Origin: Pseudomonadota bacterium
Lineage (GTDB): Bacteria > Bdellovibrionota > FAC87 > UBA2466
Direction of reading: 5' to 3'
NCBI GenBank assembly: GCA_043718025.1
Contig: JAYSWN010000140.1
Location: 1-25,750, forward strand
Length of the DNA stretch: 25,750 nucleotides
Shown in pieces: positions 9,101 to 18,744 of the stretch; within the stretch, counting starts at the first letter, position 1; every line of letters starts with the position of its first letter. The notes beneath the pieces were generated by a model, which saw only the letters and a program-made list of their open reading frames with translations, was not told where the DNA came from and searched no databases. A program made the position numbers and the translations under genes.

Positions 9101-10513
9101 ATGCCAGAGCAGACTCGTTTAGAGAAAGACTCAATGGGAGAGATGAGAGTTCCCGCCACCGCGCTTTACGGTGCCACTACCCAACGGGCGGTAGAGAACT
9201 TTCCGATTAGCGGTTTGCGCTTCAGTCGCGATTACATCCGCATGCTCGCCCACATTAAAGCCAGCTGCGCCGAAGTGAATAAAGAGCTGGGTAAGTTGGA
9301 CGCTAAGCTGTGCGACTCGATCGTAAAAGCCTGCGGCGACATTGCCGAGGGGGGCCACGACTCACAGTTCGTGCTGGATATTTTCCAGACCGGCAGTGCC
9401 ACCAGCACCAACATGAATTTTAATGAGGTAGCGTCGAACCTCGCCAATCTTTCGGTGGGGTCGCCCATCGGCAGTAAAAAACCGGTGCACCCTAACGACC
9501 ACGTGAACATGGGGCAGTCGTCTAACGACATTATTCCTACCGCTATTCACGTAGCGGCGGCGGTTGGCGTGAAAGAGCGTTTACTACCGGCGCTTGCCCG
9601 GTTGCAAAAAACTTTGGAACAAAAGGCGCAGGAGTTTTCTAAGATTGTGAAGACGGGCCGCACCCATTTGCAGGACGCCACGCCGGTGTTGTTGGGCCAA
9701 GAGTTTGGCGGCTACGCCGCGCAGGTGCAAAAAGCGCAAGCGCGAATCACTAAATCCCTAGATGGCGTTTTGGAGCTGGCGGTGGGCGGAACCGCCGTGG
9801 GCACCGGGATCAATACCGATGCGCAGTTTGGTAAAAAAGTATCTGAAAAGCTGGCTAAGAAGTTGGGCATGGCGTTTCGCGAAACCGACAACCATTTTGA
9901 GGCACAGGCTTCAAAAGACGCGTGCGTGGAGCTAAGCGGATCGCTCCGCACCGCCGCGGTGTCGTTGACCAAGATCGCCAACGACCTCCGCTGGCTCGGA
10001 TCGGGCCCCCGTTGCGGCATTTCCGAAATCAATTTACCGGCCGTGCAGCCGGGTAGCAGCATCATGCCGGGTAAAGTAAATCCGGTAATTCCCGAAGCCT
10101 TGTTACAGGTCTGCGCGCAGGTCATCGGCAACGATGCCGCGGTCACCTGGGGCGGCGCCGCCGGTAATTTTGAATTAAACGTGATGATGCCGGTGATTGC
10201 GCACAACCTGCTGCAGTCCATTCAGTTTTTGGCCAGCGCGGTCGACGTGTTCGAAGAAAAATGCGTACGCGGCATTGAGGCCAATTTAACCCGCATTGCC
10301 GAAACGGTAGAGCGCAGCTTGATGCTGGCGACGCCGCTAGCCCCGGTAGTCGGCTACGATAAGGCGGCCGACATCGCCAAGCAGGCTTACAAAGAAGGAA
10401 AGACGGTACGCGAGGTGGCCAAAACTGCCACCGCCTTAAGTGACGAAGAGCTAAAGAAGCTGCTCGATGTTTCTTCCATGGTCTATCCCGGCGCGAAAGG
10501 CGGGGAAGGGTAA
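9101..10513 (+). CDS. fumC: Class II fumarate hydratase
   Basis: RLEKDSMG, YGATTQRA, QTGSATSTNMN, HPNDHVNMGQSSND, KTGRTHLQDATP, signature GSSIMPGKVNP; SD GAGGAG at 9088-9093 supports ATG 9101. Confidence 0.96.
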   Translation: MPEQTRLEKDSMGEMRVPATALYGATTQRAVENFPISGLRFSRDYIRMLAHIKASCAEVNKELGKLDAKLCDSIVKACGDIAEGGHDSQFVLDIFQTGSATSTNMNFNEVASNLANLSVGSPIGSKKPVHPNDHVNMGQSSNDIIPTAIHVAAAVGVKERLLPALARLQKTLEQKAQEFSKIVKTGRTHLQDATPVLLGQEFGGYAAQVQKAQARITKSLDGVLELAVGGTAVGTGINTDAQFGKKVSEKLAKKLGMAFRETDNHFEAQASKDACVELSGSLRTAAVSLTKIANDLRWLGSGPRCGISEINLPAVQPGSSIMPGKVNPVIPEALLQVCAQVIGNDAAVTWGGAAGNFELNVMMPVIAHNLLQSIQFLASAVDVFEEKCVRGIEANLTRIAETVERSLMLATPLAPVVGYDKAADIAKQAYKEGKTVREVAKTATALSDEELKKLLDVSSMVYPGAKGGEG

Positions 10514-11272
10514 GTGGCCAAGGTCGCGGTCATCACGGGGGCTAGCTCAGGCATTGGCCGGGCTACGGCGGAACTTTTTGCCAAGCACGGGTATTGCCTC
10601 GCGGTGATTGCACGGCGAGAAGCCTTGCTAACTTCATTGGTAGAATCGTTGAAGGGCCAAAACCCAGCGGGGGAGTTTAAGGCCTACGCCGGCGACGTAT
10701 CGAGCTGGACCAGTGTGGAGGCCATCGCCAAGAAAATTGAGGCCGATTGGCCGCACGTCAATGTGCTGATTAATAATGCGGGCGCATTTGACTACGCCCC
10801 GCTTGAAAAGGCATCCACCGAAAAGATCGACGAAATGCTACACGTCAATGTGCGTGGGGTGATTGCTACGTCTCGTTACCTTTTGCCGGCTCTGCGCAAA
10901 GGCGTTGGCATGGGGGGCGCTCGAATTATTAACGTGAGTTCGATCGCCGGGCTGTGGGGATTTCCTTCGATGGCGGCCTATTCGGCTACTAAGTTTGCGG
11001 TGGCGGGTTTTAGTAGCGCGCTGGATCGAGAGTTACAAAAGCAGGGGATTTCGGTTTCAACCATTTTTCCCGGCCCGGTGAACACCAAACTGGCCAAGGG
11101 CACCCGGCCCGAAAAGAAGATGGTGAAGATTCCCGAAGACATCGCCGCGCAGTTGCTGGCAATGGCGCAAGGTAAGGCCAAGAAAAAAGTGCACCCCTTG
11201 TTTGGGGCATTGAGCTGGCTCGATCAGGTAAGCTCTCCCACCGTCGATAAAATACTGAAAAAGATTTTATAG
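10514..11272 (+). CDS. Short-chain dehydrogenase/reductase (SDR)
   Basis: TGASSGIG, NNAG, NVSS, YSATK; GTG start directly abuts the fumC stop. Confidence 0.93.
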   Translation: MAKVAVITGASSGIGRATAELFAKHGYCLAVIARREALLTSLVESLKGQNPAGEFKAYAGDVSSWTSVEAIAKKIEADWPHVNVLINNAGAFDYAPLEKASTEKIDEMLHVNVRGVIATSRYLLPALRKGVGMGGARIINVSSIAGLWGFPSMAAYSATKFAVAGFSSALDRELQKQGISVSTIFPGPVNTKLAKGTRPEKKMVKIPEDIAAQLLAMAQGKAKKKVHPLFGALSWLDQVSSPTVDKILKKIL

Positions 11273-11489
11273 TTCCTGGTGATTTAGTTCGCTTGGCTAG
11301 CCCCCCTACAAGGTCGAAGGGGTCGTGAAACGTCATCTTTCACAAGTGCTACCCGCAAAATTCCAAAGAACCCGAAATTATTATTCTTTCCGGCCACCTT
11401 TGCCCCATCCGTAGCGCCCTTTAAACACACGCACCAACGTGGACTGAGCGGTCGTAATTTTCTAATCGTTATACCTAAGGAGATTTTTT

Positions 11490-12083
11490 ATGAAATTAAT
11501 GTCGTTCGCTTGGTTAGTTATTTCAGTGGGCTTGAGCTTTTCCTCTTCCAGTCAGGGGGGGCAGGACACTTGCCTTGGCCGGGCAACCAGTGCGCAGCAC
11601 TGCGCGCAAATCGCCGGCAACGCAGGCTACAGCCAATATAAATTCCACGCCGGAACTATAAACGGTATTTATTACCGGAACCTTTGCTTTGGTTTGGTTC
11701 CCCGACAGGGTGGCGGGGGGGACGAATGGGGCGGCTGGAGCGGAAACGATCCTCAATTCAAAGGCAAATTTGAAGCGCTAACCGCCAATGTTAGGCAAGC
11801 GTCAGCCAATGTGGAGTGGTTCATTGTTAGCCACAACGGCGATGCGGGGAATGTGGTGTTCAATACGATTGCAAACTCACACGACGAGCTCGATAAAAAG
11901 TTGGCTGATATCCGCGAAAAAGCTCGCTACGGCTTAAACGCTTACGAGCTGCGCACGGAGATCGCCGAGGCCAAAGTCCTATATGGAACTTTGCGTGTGG
12001 ATTATTCCAAGGTGGAATATCTTGTTAGGCCTAATAGCAAAATGTATTGGACCGAATTGGAAAAATGGATGCAGCGATTGTAG
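11490..12083 (+). CDS. Secreted hypothetical protein (197 aa)
   Basis: Strong SD TAAGGAG, signal-peptide-like N-terminus, small Cys-containing domain, Gly-rich linker, helical C-terminal part. Confidence 0.8.
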   Translation: MKLMSFAWLVISVGLSFSSSSQGGQDTCLGRATSAQHCAQIAGNAGYSQYKFHAGTINGIYYRNLCFGLVPRQGGGGDEWGGWSGNDPQFKGKFEALTANVRQASANVEWFIVSHNGDAGNVVFNTIANSHDELDKKLADIREKARYGLNAYELRTEIAEAKVLYGTLRVDYSKVEYLVRPNSKMYWTELEKWMQRL

Positions 12084-12233
12084 TTGGCTCATTGGTCGTT
12101 GCGTCCACCGCTTCGCCTCTTCCACGTTGATGCGCGGTACAAAGCGCGACCCTGCGTCGTAGCGGATCCGCGAGGCGGTGTTGCTATGGAGACTGAAGGT
12201 TTTTGCTCGCCATGGCTACGCCGGGTATTGGCA

Positions 12234-14390
12234 ATGATTTTACTTTTGTTGATTTTACTTTTGTCCCTCTTCTTCCGATGAGTTTACGGGCTGCTCTGTA
12301 GGCAGGTTCCGAGTCTTCCTTACTATGAGACTTCAAAGAAAAACCCAAATCGATGGCGATATTCTGGAGTCGTCGCTGCTCGGCCTCACCGGCGTTGCAG
12401 CATGGCTGGAGAGCCCCGCCCGCATTGCCGCCTACTATCAAGATCTAACCCGTTTCTACCAACTCTCTCAATTCCCCCCCAAATCTTTCGACGTGCTGCT
12501 AGCGCAGCTGAGGAGCGTGGTTTCGCAGCATCCTGATATCGGCGAGAGGCTCTGGGAAACTAGCCACTTGGGCGAGCCAATTTGGATTGAGGGAAACCTC
12601 AAAAACTTCGATCGAGTAATGGATTACCCCGGCTGGCTGAAATACTACGGGCAATGGGTTCACTCGCTTAAGGCCATGGCCCAGCGCGCAAACCGCGCCG
12701 CGACTTTAGAGTTTATTCGGGAAGAAACGGAACAATTTGAGAAGCGGATAGCGGCCTGTCGCAACGAAGAGGATGAGCGGTTGTGCCGCGGCCAATTCTT
12801 CCGGCGCATGCATGAGGCGCCGCAAAACAAAGATCTGGCGTCCGAGTTATTAGTGCAGTTTCTCAACCAGGAAAAAAACCAGAACATTCTCCTTAATTGT
12901 GATGCTGATGTCGTTTTGAGCTTTTTTTCCCTTCTCGATACCCATACGGCTGACTTTATTCCTTTCGAAGAATCTTCGGTGCTGCTCACTGTAATTCGCC
13001 GTCTTATCCCCAAGACAGCTTGGCTCTTGAGGCTTCAGACCATCTTCACCTATGCCGGCAAGGATGAGAGCAAACAGTCGCCGACTACCCGCCATCCCTT
13101 TCTGACTTACGAGTTTCGCCCCTTGAGCCGGCGATTTCACGGCATCTGGAAGGGTGGCTCGGTATCTGACTGCGTGGGCGGGGCGCTAAGTTATGAGGCC
13201 AGCACCACTCCGCAGCGTTGGGGCTTAAGCGCCATTCGCGAAAGCCAAACCTTTCACATTTTTCAGCATTATACGGAAGGGTACCGCGCCGAGCCTTCTT
13301 ACAAGGGGTTCGCGCAAATCGTGCCTTTACTTCACAAGGTCACTAAAAAAAATGGGGCGGCGTAGACTTCTTTTCGTCCGTTGCCGACAACCGTATTTTA
13401 ATTAGGGAGCATAGCGAACTTCAACCGGCCAGCGTCTACGAGGGCTGGCTACGGGAATGGGAAAAGCAAAGGCCCGCCGGCTGGCAGGGTCTGGCGGTGG
13501 GAGATAGTTGGACCTTTAACAATTATAAGACGCTCGAACTCATTTACGATACGCCCACTTTCATTTTGGGCCAGCGCGAGCTCGCACGTGATTTTAAGAT
13601 GGACGACAAGGCCACGGAAATGGCCCTAGTCTGCTCCGTGCCGCGCCGAGAAATTGCGCGTTACTTTCGCTCGACGCTAGTTTCGGAGGGTACCGCCTTT
13701 GGCACGGAGGTGCTCACGTTGCTGAAGCCCGTTTTGGACCAGGATCAAGCGAAGAACATTTTACTGAAGACATTGCAGGGGCTCGACTGGAAGGCGGATA
13801 AGTCGCTATATTGGCATGCTGCGATGACTCTAATGGGAAAAGAGCCCGAAAACGAATTTGTATTTAAGGCGATGAAAAATCTATTACCGCTGGTGAGCCA
13901 AAACCTGCGGCAGCGCGTATTTGAAAATCTCTTCTACGGAAGCTACCGCCTCTTTTCCAGTTATTTTATGGGCCTGCACCTGCAGCGACGTTATCTGGTT
14001 TTTTGGAAGCCCACGATAGAACGGCTAGGCGACTATTTACTCAAAAGTGAAAAGCAAAATGGCGTGCTTGCACTCACCCCCGAAACGCTCTTTTACTTAA
14101 AACAACTGCGCAAAGTCGCGGTTTGGGGCCGCACTTACCAAGTCCGATTAATCGCTACCCGAATTCTCATCAAGTTACGCACACAACCCACGGAAAATCT
14201 GCGGGCGATACGGCAGAATAGTTGGCTACTTGCTCGTTTTAGTGGGCACTTTGGCCAGGAGCTTTACCGGCTTTCGCGCGAAACGGTTAACGCTTCGTTA
14301 TGCGATAAATCCGGTACCAACCCTCTCCCGATTCCCAGGTCAGCTCCGAAAAAAAGTAGCGAGGCAAGGCTTGGGTGTGAACGGCGTTAA
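12234..14390 (+). pseudogene. Large hypothetical protein (~690-720 aa) interrupted by frameshift(s): pseudogene, recoded gene or assembly indel
   Basis: ORF 12325-13365 and ORF 13497-14390 join by a -1 shift at the A8 run 13345-13352 (second frame stop-free from 13353 to 13497). A signal-peptide-like segment from ATG 12234 joins by a +1 shift near CCC 12265-12267. Confidence 0.65.
12235..12264 (+). repeat. Perfect 15-bp tandem duplication (TGATTTTACTTTTGT x2)
   Basis: 12235-12249 is identical to 12250-12264; encodes MILLL-LILLL from ATG 12234. Confidence 0.9.
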
Positions 14391-14943
14391 AGGCGATGAC
14401 GTACCGAACCGCCCTGTTCCACGGCGACGAGGCCAGCCTTTCAAAAAAATGGTCCGTGGTTTTTTGTCCGAAGGGGCAGGCCATATATAGGTGAGTCACT
14501 TCGGCCGGCACGTTGTAATCGGCTACGTCGGCGCAAACCACCTCAACCCGATCTTTTCCCCTTAGCCAAATTACTAGGGGCGAGCGCTTGTTTTGTTCCG
14601 CCTCCGCGCACAATTCGGCAGACTTTTCGAGCCCAATGGTTTTCCTGAATGGAAACAGCAGCGCTAAAAAAAGGGGCCGACCCGACCCGCAGCCCACGTC
14701 CAAAAACACTGCCTGGTCATTGATAGGACAACGACGCAACAGCTTGATGAGCCCAAGCCATGGCGTTGCCAAATAAAAATGATTATCGGTGTTTAGGTAG
14801 CCCAACTCACCCGCCAGTCTTACCTGCGAGGTGTTGATGCCCCACACGAGGTCAAAGGCGCGGTTGATTTGATTGGCAATCCACGTTTTCAAAACGCGCT
14901 CTCCGTCGAAAGTGAGTGACCATAAATGATAGCGCTGGGCCAT
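14287..14943 (-). CDS. Class I SAM-dependent methyltransferase
   Basis: Motif I FLDVGCGSGR, TIGLE, VEVVCADV, LYMACPF. Confidence 0.88.
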   Translation of the reverse strand: MAQRYHLWSLTFDGERVLKTWIANQINRAFDLVWGINTSQVRLAGELGYLNTDNHFYLATPWLGLIKLLRRCPINDQAVFLDVGCGSGRPLFLALLFPFRKTIGLEKSAELCAEAEQNKRSPLVIWLRGKDRVEVVCADVADYNVPAEVTHLYMACPFGQKTTDHFFERLASSPWNRAVRYVIAFNAVHTQALPRYFFSELTWESGEGWYRIYRITKR

Positions 14944-15152
14944 TCAAACGTCGAATTTGAGCTCGACCGGCTCTTTCACCGCCGTTAAAGAATTGAAGGA
15001 AAATATAATTACTGGCGGCCAACATTCGACGCAGCAGTCTTCTAAGCCCTTTGGCTTGATGAGACTCTGTGCGTTAACAAAAGAATCATTAGACCGCTCG
15101 GCGTCAGCCCTGTTAGCCCTCTAGGTAAGGGCTTTTGGCGGCGGGGGAATGG

Positions 15153-16127
15153 ATGCGGTTTTGGGGATTTAGTTTTCTAGTTTCTCTATTTATACCGGGG
15201 GCGTCGTTCGCAGAGGTTCTCAAGTGTGCCGGTCTTCTGGGAAATCCGTTCTCTGTTTACGAAGAGACCGAGCCTATTCACAGCCTTTCCAACCGCTCGC
15301 TACTTACGATTCGGGTGGGCACTCTCACAATGGGGAAGAGCCCCCTCTTAAATGAGGCGTTAACGTTGGCCGCCCAGTACGGCGTGCAGGTTATTGTGGT
15401 GCGCACTGAAGCGCTCGAATTGACGCCCTTTTACCAACGCGCCGCCGAGCGAATGAATGAAGCCGGGGCCTTCTATACCCCGGGGGGAGATCCCGTTTTG
15501 GTCTTGGGGGTAAACCTAAAGGAAGAATTTGCGGTCCACGAAATCACCCATCTCAAAGACTACATCAAAACGGTGCAGCGCTTTGAAGCGCTAGGATTAG
15601 CTCGCGAAGCCGCGATGCAAGAGGCTGATATGAATCGTCAGTCACTGGTTGAACATTACGCTTGGGAACGGGCGGCGATTACCAATCAGTTAAAAAACCG
15701 TTACAAGAATTCAGGTTTTGATTTGTGGGACGCCAATTTGATCGAACGCCTTACCTATCCCGAAAGCTCACTACTGATTAGCCGGAACCTAATTTTACGC
15801 GGAAGCGACGATGGGATGGAATCGAATCAAGTCATGGACCGCGCGATCTGGAAAGCCATGGTGGTTCAACGGCTGCGTTTTATAGATCTGAAAAAGAGCG
15901 CCACCCATTTTCGGCAAGCGGATAAAGAGGCCGAAGCCCGGTTACTTGATCTCCAAGCTCAACTACTAAAGAGAGTGACGACGCTTTTTGATCAGCTATT
16001 TCCGCCCGACGACCTATCCCAAAATCAGCGGCAAATGGTAGCCGGGCTTTTCAGCGCGCGTTTCGCTTTTGCGCTGAAAAAGCTTAAAGAGCTCAAAGAA
16101 AATTCGTTCGTTATCGACGCTGAATGA
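15153..16127 (+). CDS. Secreted hypothetical protein with HExxH zincin-like motif
   Basis: Signal peptide MRFWGFSFLVSLFIPGASFA; AVHEITHLKD with a downstream WERAA glutamate. Confidence 0.72.
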   Translation: MRFWGFSFLVSLFIPGASFAEVLKCAGLLGNPFSVYEETEPIHSLSNRSLLTIRVGTLTMGKSPLLNEALTLAAQYGVQVIVVRTEALELTPFYQRAAERMNEAGAFYTPGGDPVLVLGVNLKEEFAVHEITHLKDYIKTVQRFEALGLAREAAMQEADMNRQSLVEHYAWERAAITNQLKNRYKNSGFDLWDANLIERLTYPESSLLISRNLILRGSDDGMESNQVMDRAIWKAMVVQRLRFIDLKKSATHFRQADKEAEARLLDLQAQLLKRVTTLFDQLFPPDDLSQNQRQMVAGLFSARFAFALKKLKELKENSFVIDAE

Positions 16128-16174
16128 TATGATTTTAGCCAGCAACTTGTTGTACCAACCACTTTGGGGGAATC

Positions 16175-16552
16175 ATGAAATACTCGGTAATCGTCGGACG
16201 GGTTTTATTGGGACTGGTCTATTTCGTTTTTGGGTTAAACGGTTTTTTTAACTTCATCCCGATGCCGCCGATGCCCGAGAAAGCCGGGGCGTTTATGATG
16301 GGCTTGGCCCAAAGCGGATATTTTTTTCCCTTTTTAAAGGGCACCGAAGTGATCGGTGGTTTGCTGTTACTCACGGGTTTTTTTGTGCCACTCTCACTCG
16401 TTATCCTAATGCCCATTACGCTAAATATTCTTTTCTTCCACCTCGCTTTGGCACCGGACAACGTGGTCATTGCGATTGCGATGTTGGTGATTCAAAGTTT
16501 TTTAATGTGGAAAAATTGCGAAATCTACAAGCCGATGTTCAAGGCTAAATAG
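16175..16552 (+). CDS. DoxX-family membrane protein
   Basis: 125 aa, about four TM helices, GRVLLGLVYFVFGLNGFFNFIPMP, TEVIGGLLLL, NILFFH. Confidence 0.88.
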   Translation: MKYSVIVGRVLLGLVYFVFGLNGFFNFIPMPPMPEKAGAFMMGLAQSGYFFPFLKGTEVIGGLLLLTGFFVPLSLVILMPITLNILFFHLALAPDNVVIAIAMLVIQSFLMWKNCEIYKPMFKAK

Positions 16553-16704
16553 AGGTGAAAAGGTAGACAGTGTTGCGTTCTTGGGCGGAAATTGTGGCGT
16601 ATTCTGGTAGTGGGCGCCCGGCCTTGAGCCTGTAGACCAAGGTGTATTCTCTTTAGATTTCGGCGTTTTCCTTGCATTCTAAAGAGGCAGGAGCGGACCG
16701 CCTC

Positions 16705-17274
16705 ATGCGCACCGGGTGGCTAAAACTGGGTTTAGTAACGATGTTGTGGGGGAGCTTATCCTTCGCCGACATCTGTTATACCGATTACGAGCAGGGCTTT
16801 CGTAGCTCCGTCGGCCAAGCCCAACCCAATCCGCAAGAAATTATTAACCGTTATCACGAGTGCTTGGCGCTCGAAAAAACGAAGCAGCAGCGGCAAGCGG
16901 CCACCCAAGAATTTCGTTCCCAAACAGGCGGGCACGGTCATAGCGGGGGCCACCAACCCTCGGACGACAGCGCACAAAATTCTCCCGCCCGTGTGCAAGG
17001 AATTCCTAAAACCGCATCCCGCGGAGTCTGGAGCGAAGTGGAGCCTTTAGCGCCGCAATCCGCCGACCTAATTCATGAAAAAAAGGTCAGCACTAAGCTC
17101 GACGCCGTTGATCCCTGCACCGGGGCAATGAACACCTACCTCAATGTCCGGGGCGAAAGAACCTGCAACCAAGTTAGCAATAATGCGCTAGTTGCGGTCA
17201 ATGACTACAATGCCAATCGCGAAAAACAGATGTTGGGCTATTTCGGTGAGCTGTCCCGAACTAACCGCCGTTAG
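16705..17274 (+). CDS. Secreted hypothetical protein (189 aa)
   Basis: SD AGGAG upstream of ATG 16705, signal peptide ending SFA, four Cys, Q/G/H-rich low-complexity middle. Confidence 0.72.
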   Translation: MRTGWLKLGLVTMLWGSLSFADICYTDYEQGFRSSVGQAQPNPQEIINRYHECLALEKTKQQRQAATQEFRSQTGGHGHSGGHQPSDDSAQNSPARVQGIPKTASRGVWSEVEPLAPQSADLIHEKKVSTKLDAVDPCTGAMNTYLNVRGERTCNQVSNNALVAVNDYNANREKQMLGYFGELSRTNRR

Positions 17275-17283
17275 AGTGAGATC

Positions 17284-18687
17284 TCAATCTACTACAAAAA
17301 ATTCTACGCGCCGATTGAGTTGGCGCCCCTCTTCGGTAGCGTTGCTCGCCTTTGGTTTCCGTTTTCCGTAACCTTGCGCAAGCAACGTGTCTTCGAGAAT
17401 CCCTTTACCCACCAAATACTTTTTCACGGTGTGGGCGCGATCGTTTGAGAGTTTTAAGTTGTAGTCTTCCGAATGCGAAGAGTCGGTGTGCCCCACGATT
17501 AATAGCTTTTTGATGTTATTCTTCTTCACCACGTCGGCAATCTGATCGAGTAGTTCGGTGCTCGATGGCTCGAGCTCCGCTTTTCCCACCTTGAAATTGA
17601 CGTTTTTGTTGAGCACAAACTTTCGGTTTACGATGTTGACGTCGGCGGTAGTCTTAAAGTGTTTGCGCTCGGTCTGCGACATACCAAAGGTGTAGCTTGC
17701 TTGCCCAATGACTTGAAAACCCGGCGTAAAGGGAACTCCGGGGGTGATTCCCGCCCCGCGATTGCGAATCACGCCGATGTCACTGCCCAGAAGTAGCGCG
17801 AAGCCCTTATTCTCGAGGGGCGTGACCCTTAGGCCCACGCTAAAGTTTGCCGGGCTGCCGCCAATGCCCAGCCCCGAATTTGCCTGTACGGTTTGGTTCC
17901 ATTCGAAAAAGGGAATGAAGTCGCCCAAGTCAAACTCGCCACCTAACGCCAGGGTGATGGTGTGAAAACGGCTAAATCCGTAAAAAGAGTGGGCGGGATT
18001 GTAGGTGCCGGAGCTCACCTGTGGAGAGTGATACAAAATATTGGTGTGCAGGAAAAGCGGCAAGGCTAGCGACGGGTACAAACTAAACGTAGCGGCTACG
18101 CCAAGACCTAAGCTCACCGTTCTTCCAGACGGGCTTAGATTATTAAAGTCGCTGGCAATCAATACGTCAGCAATCGGGGCCAGGGCAACGGCACGAGTCA
18201 CCGGAATAGAATAGTGCACCGAAAAATTAAAATCTCCCAGCGAGGAGATGAGCTGGCTTGGGCTACCAAAAGTCGTGGATGAATTGCGACGTTGCACGCC
18301 GAGGCTTAACCTATCCGTAATCGTCCAGCCGACGAACAGCATTTCGGCGATGGTGTTGGCGGCGCCCGGAGTGAATTCGGCGTTGTCGATGGAGTAAAAC
18401 TCGCCGCCAATACCAAACGACACCGCGCCGGCCGGCATGCTTTCGGCCGAGCGCACTCTAAAAAGGCCGACGTGCCCCCAGTTTGAGGGGTAAAGGTGAT
18501 GGCCGCGCGAGGTGGAGTCGACCTCATGTTCTTCGTGCATTTCGCCTTGAACCGTTTCAGTGGTGGCCGATTCGAGCGGGCGTCCCTTTTCGGGTGTGGG
18601 TTCGGGGGCCGTGGCCTTGATGGCCGGCGTGGTCTCCGCCCGGGCCATGAACGAAAGAACAAGTAAGAGAAAGAGTAGGCTTTTCAT
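17284..18687 (-). CDS. OmpA-family outer membrane protein (probable N-terminal beta-barrel plus C-terminal peptidoglycan-binding domain)
   Basis: Start reassigned to ATG 18687 (MKSLLFLLLVLSFMARA); C-terminal VNFKVGKAEL, IVGHTDS, YNLKLSNDRA, LNRRVEF. Confidence 0.92.
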   Translation of the reverse strand: MKSLLFLLLVLSFMARAETTPAIKATAPEPTPEKGRPLESATTETVQGEMHEEHEVDSTSRGHHLYPSNWGHVGLFRVRSAESMPAGAVSFGIGGEFYSIDNAEFTPGAANTIAEMLFVGWTITDRLSLGVQRRNSSTTFGSPSQLISSLGDFNFSVHYSIPVTRAVALAPIADVLIASDFNNLSPSGRTVSLGLGVAATFSLYPSLALPLFLHTNILYHSPQVSSGTYNPAHSFYGFSRFHTITLALGGEFDLGDFIPFFEWNQTVQANSGLGIGGSPANFSVGLRVTPLENKGFALLLGSDIGVIRNRGAGITPGVPFTPGFQVIGQASYTFGMSQTERKHFKTTADVNIVNRKFVLNKNVNFKVGKAELEPSSTELLDQIADVVKKNNIKKLLIVGHTDSSHSEDYNLKLSNDRAHTVKKYLVGKGILEDTLLAQGYGKRKPKASNATEEGRQLNRRVEFFVVD

Positions 18688-18697
18688 CGTTGCGCAA

Positions 18698-18735
18698 ATT
18701 GTAACATTTACATCGCCGCTTGGGATTCTTATGGT
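18698..18735. promoter_or_regulatory. Divergent promoters for the OmpA gene and pyk in a 57-nt intergenic gap
   Basis: Minus: extended -10 TGTTACAAT (18706-18698). Plus: TTTACA (18707-18712), 17 nt, TATGGT (18730-18735). Confidence 0.55.
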
Positions 18736-18744
18736 GGGGGGACT

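Noticed and set aside
14944..15121. Open minus-strand frame ending TGA immediately before the methyltransferase ATG (possible read-through or leader peptide)
   Set aside because: No convincing start (only a late GTG), no motif and no SECIS-like element noticed; the methyltransferase looks complete without it.
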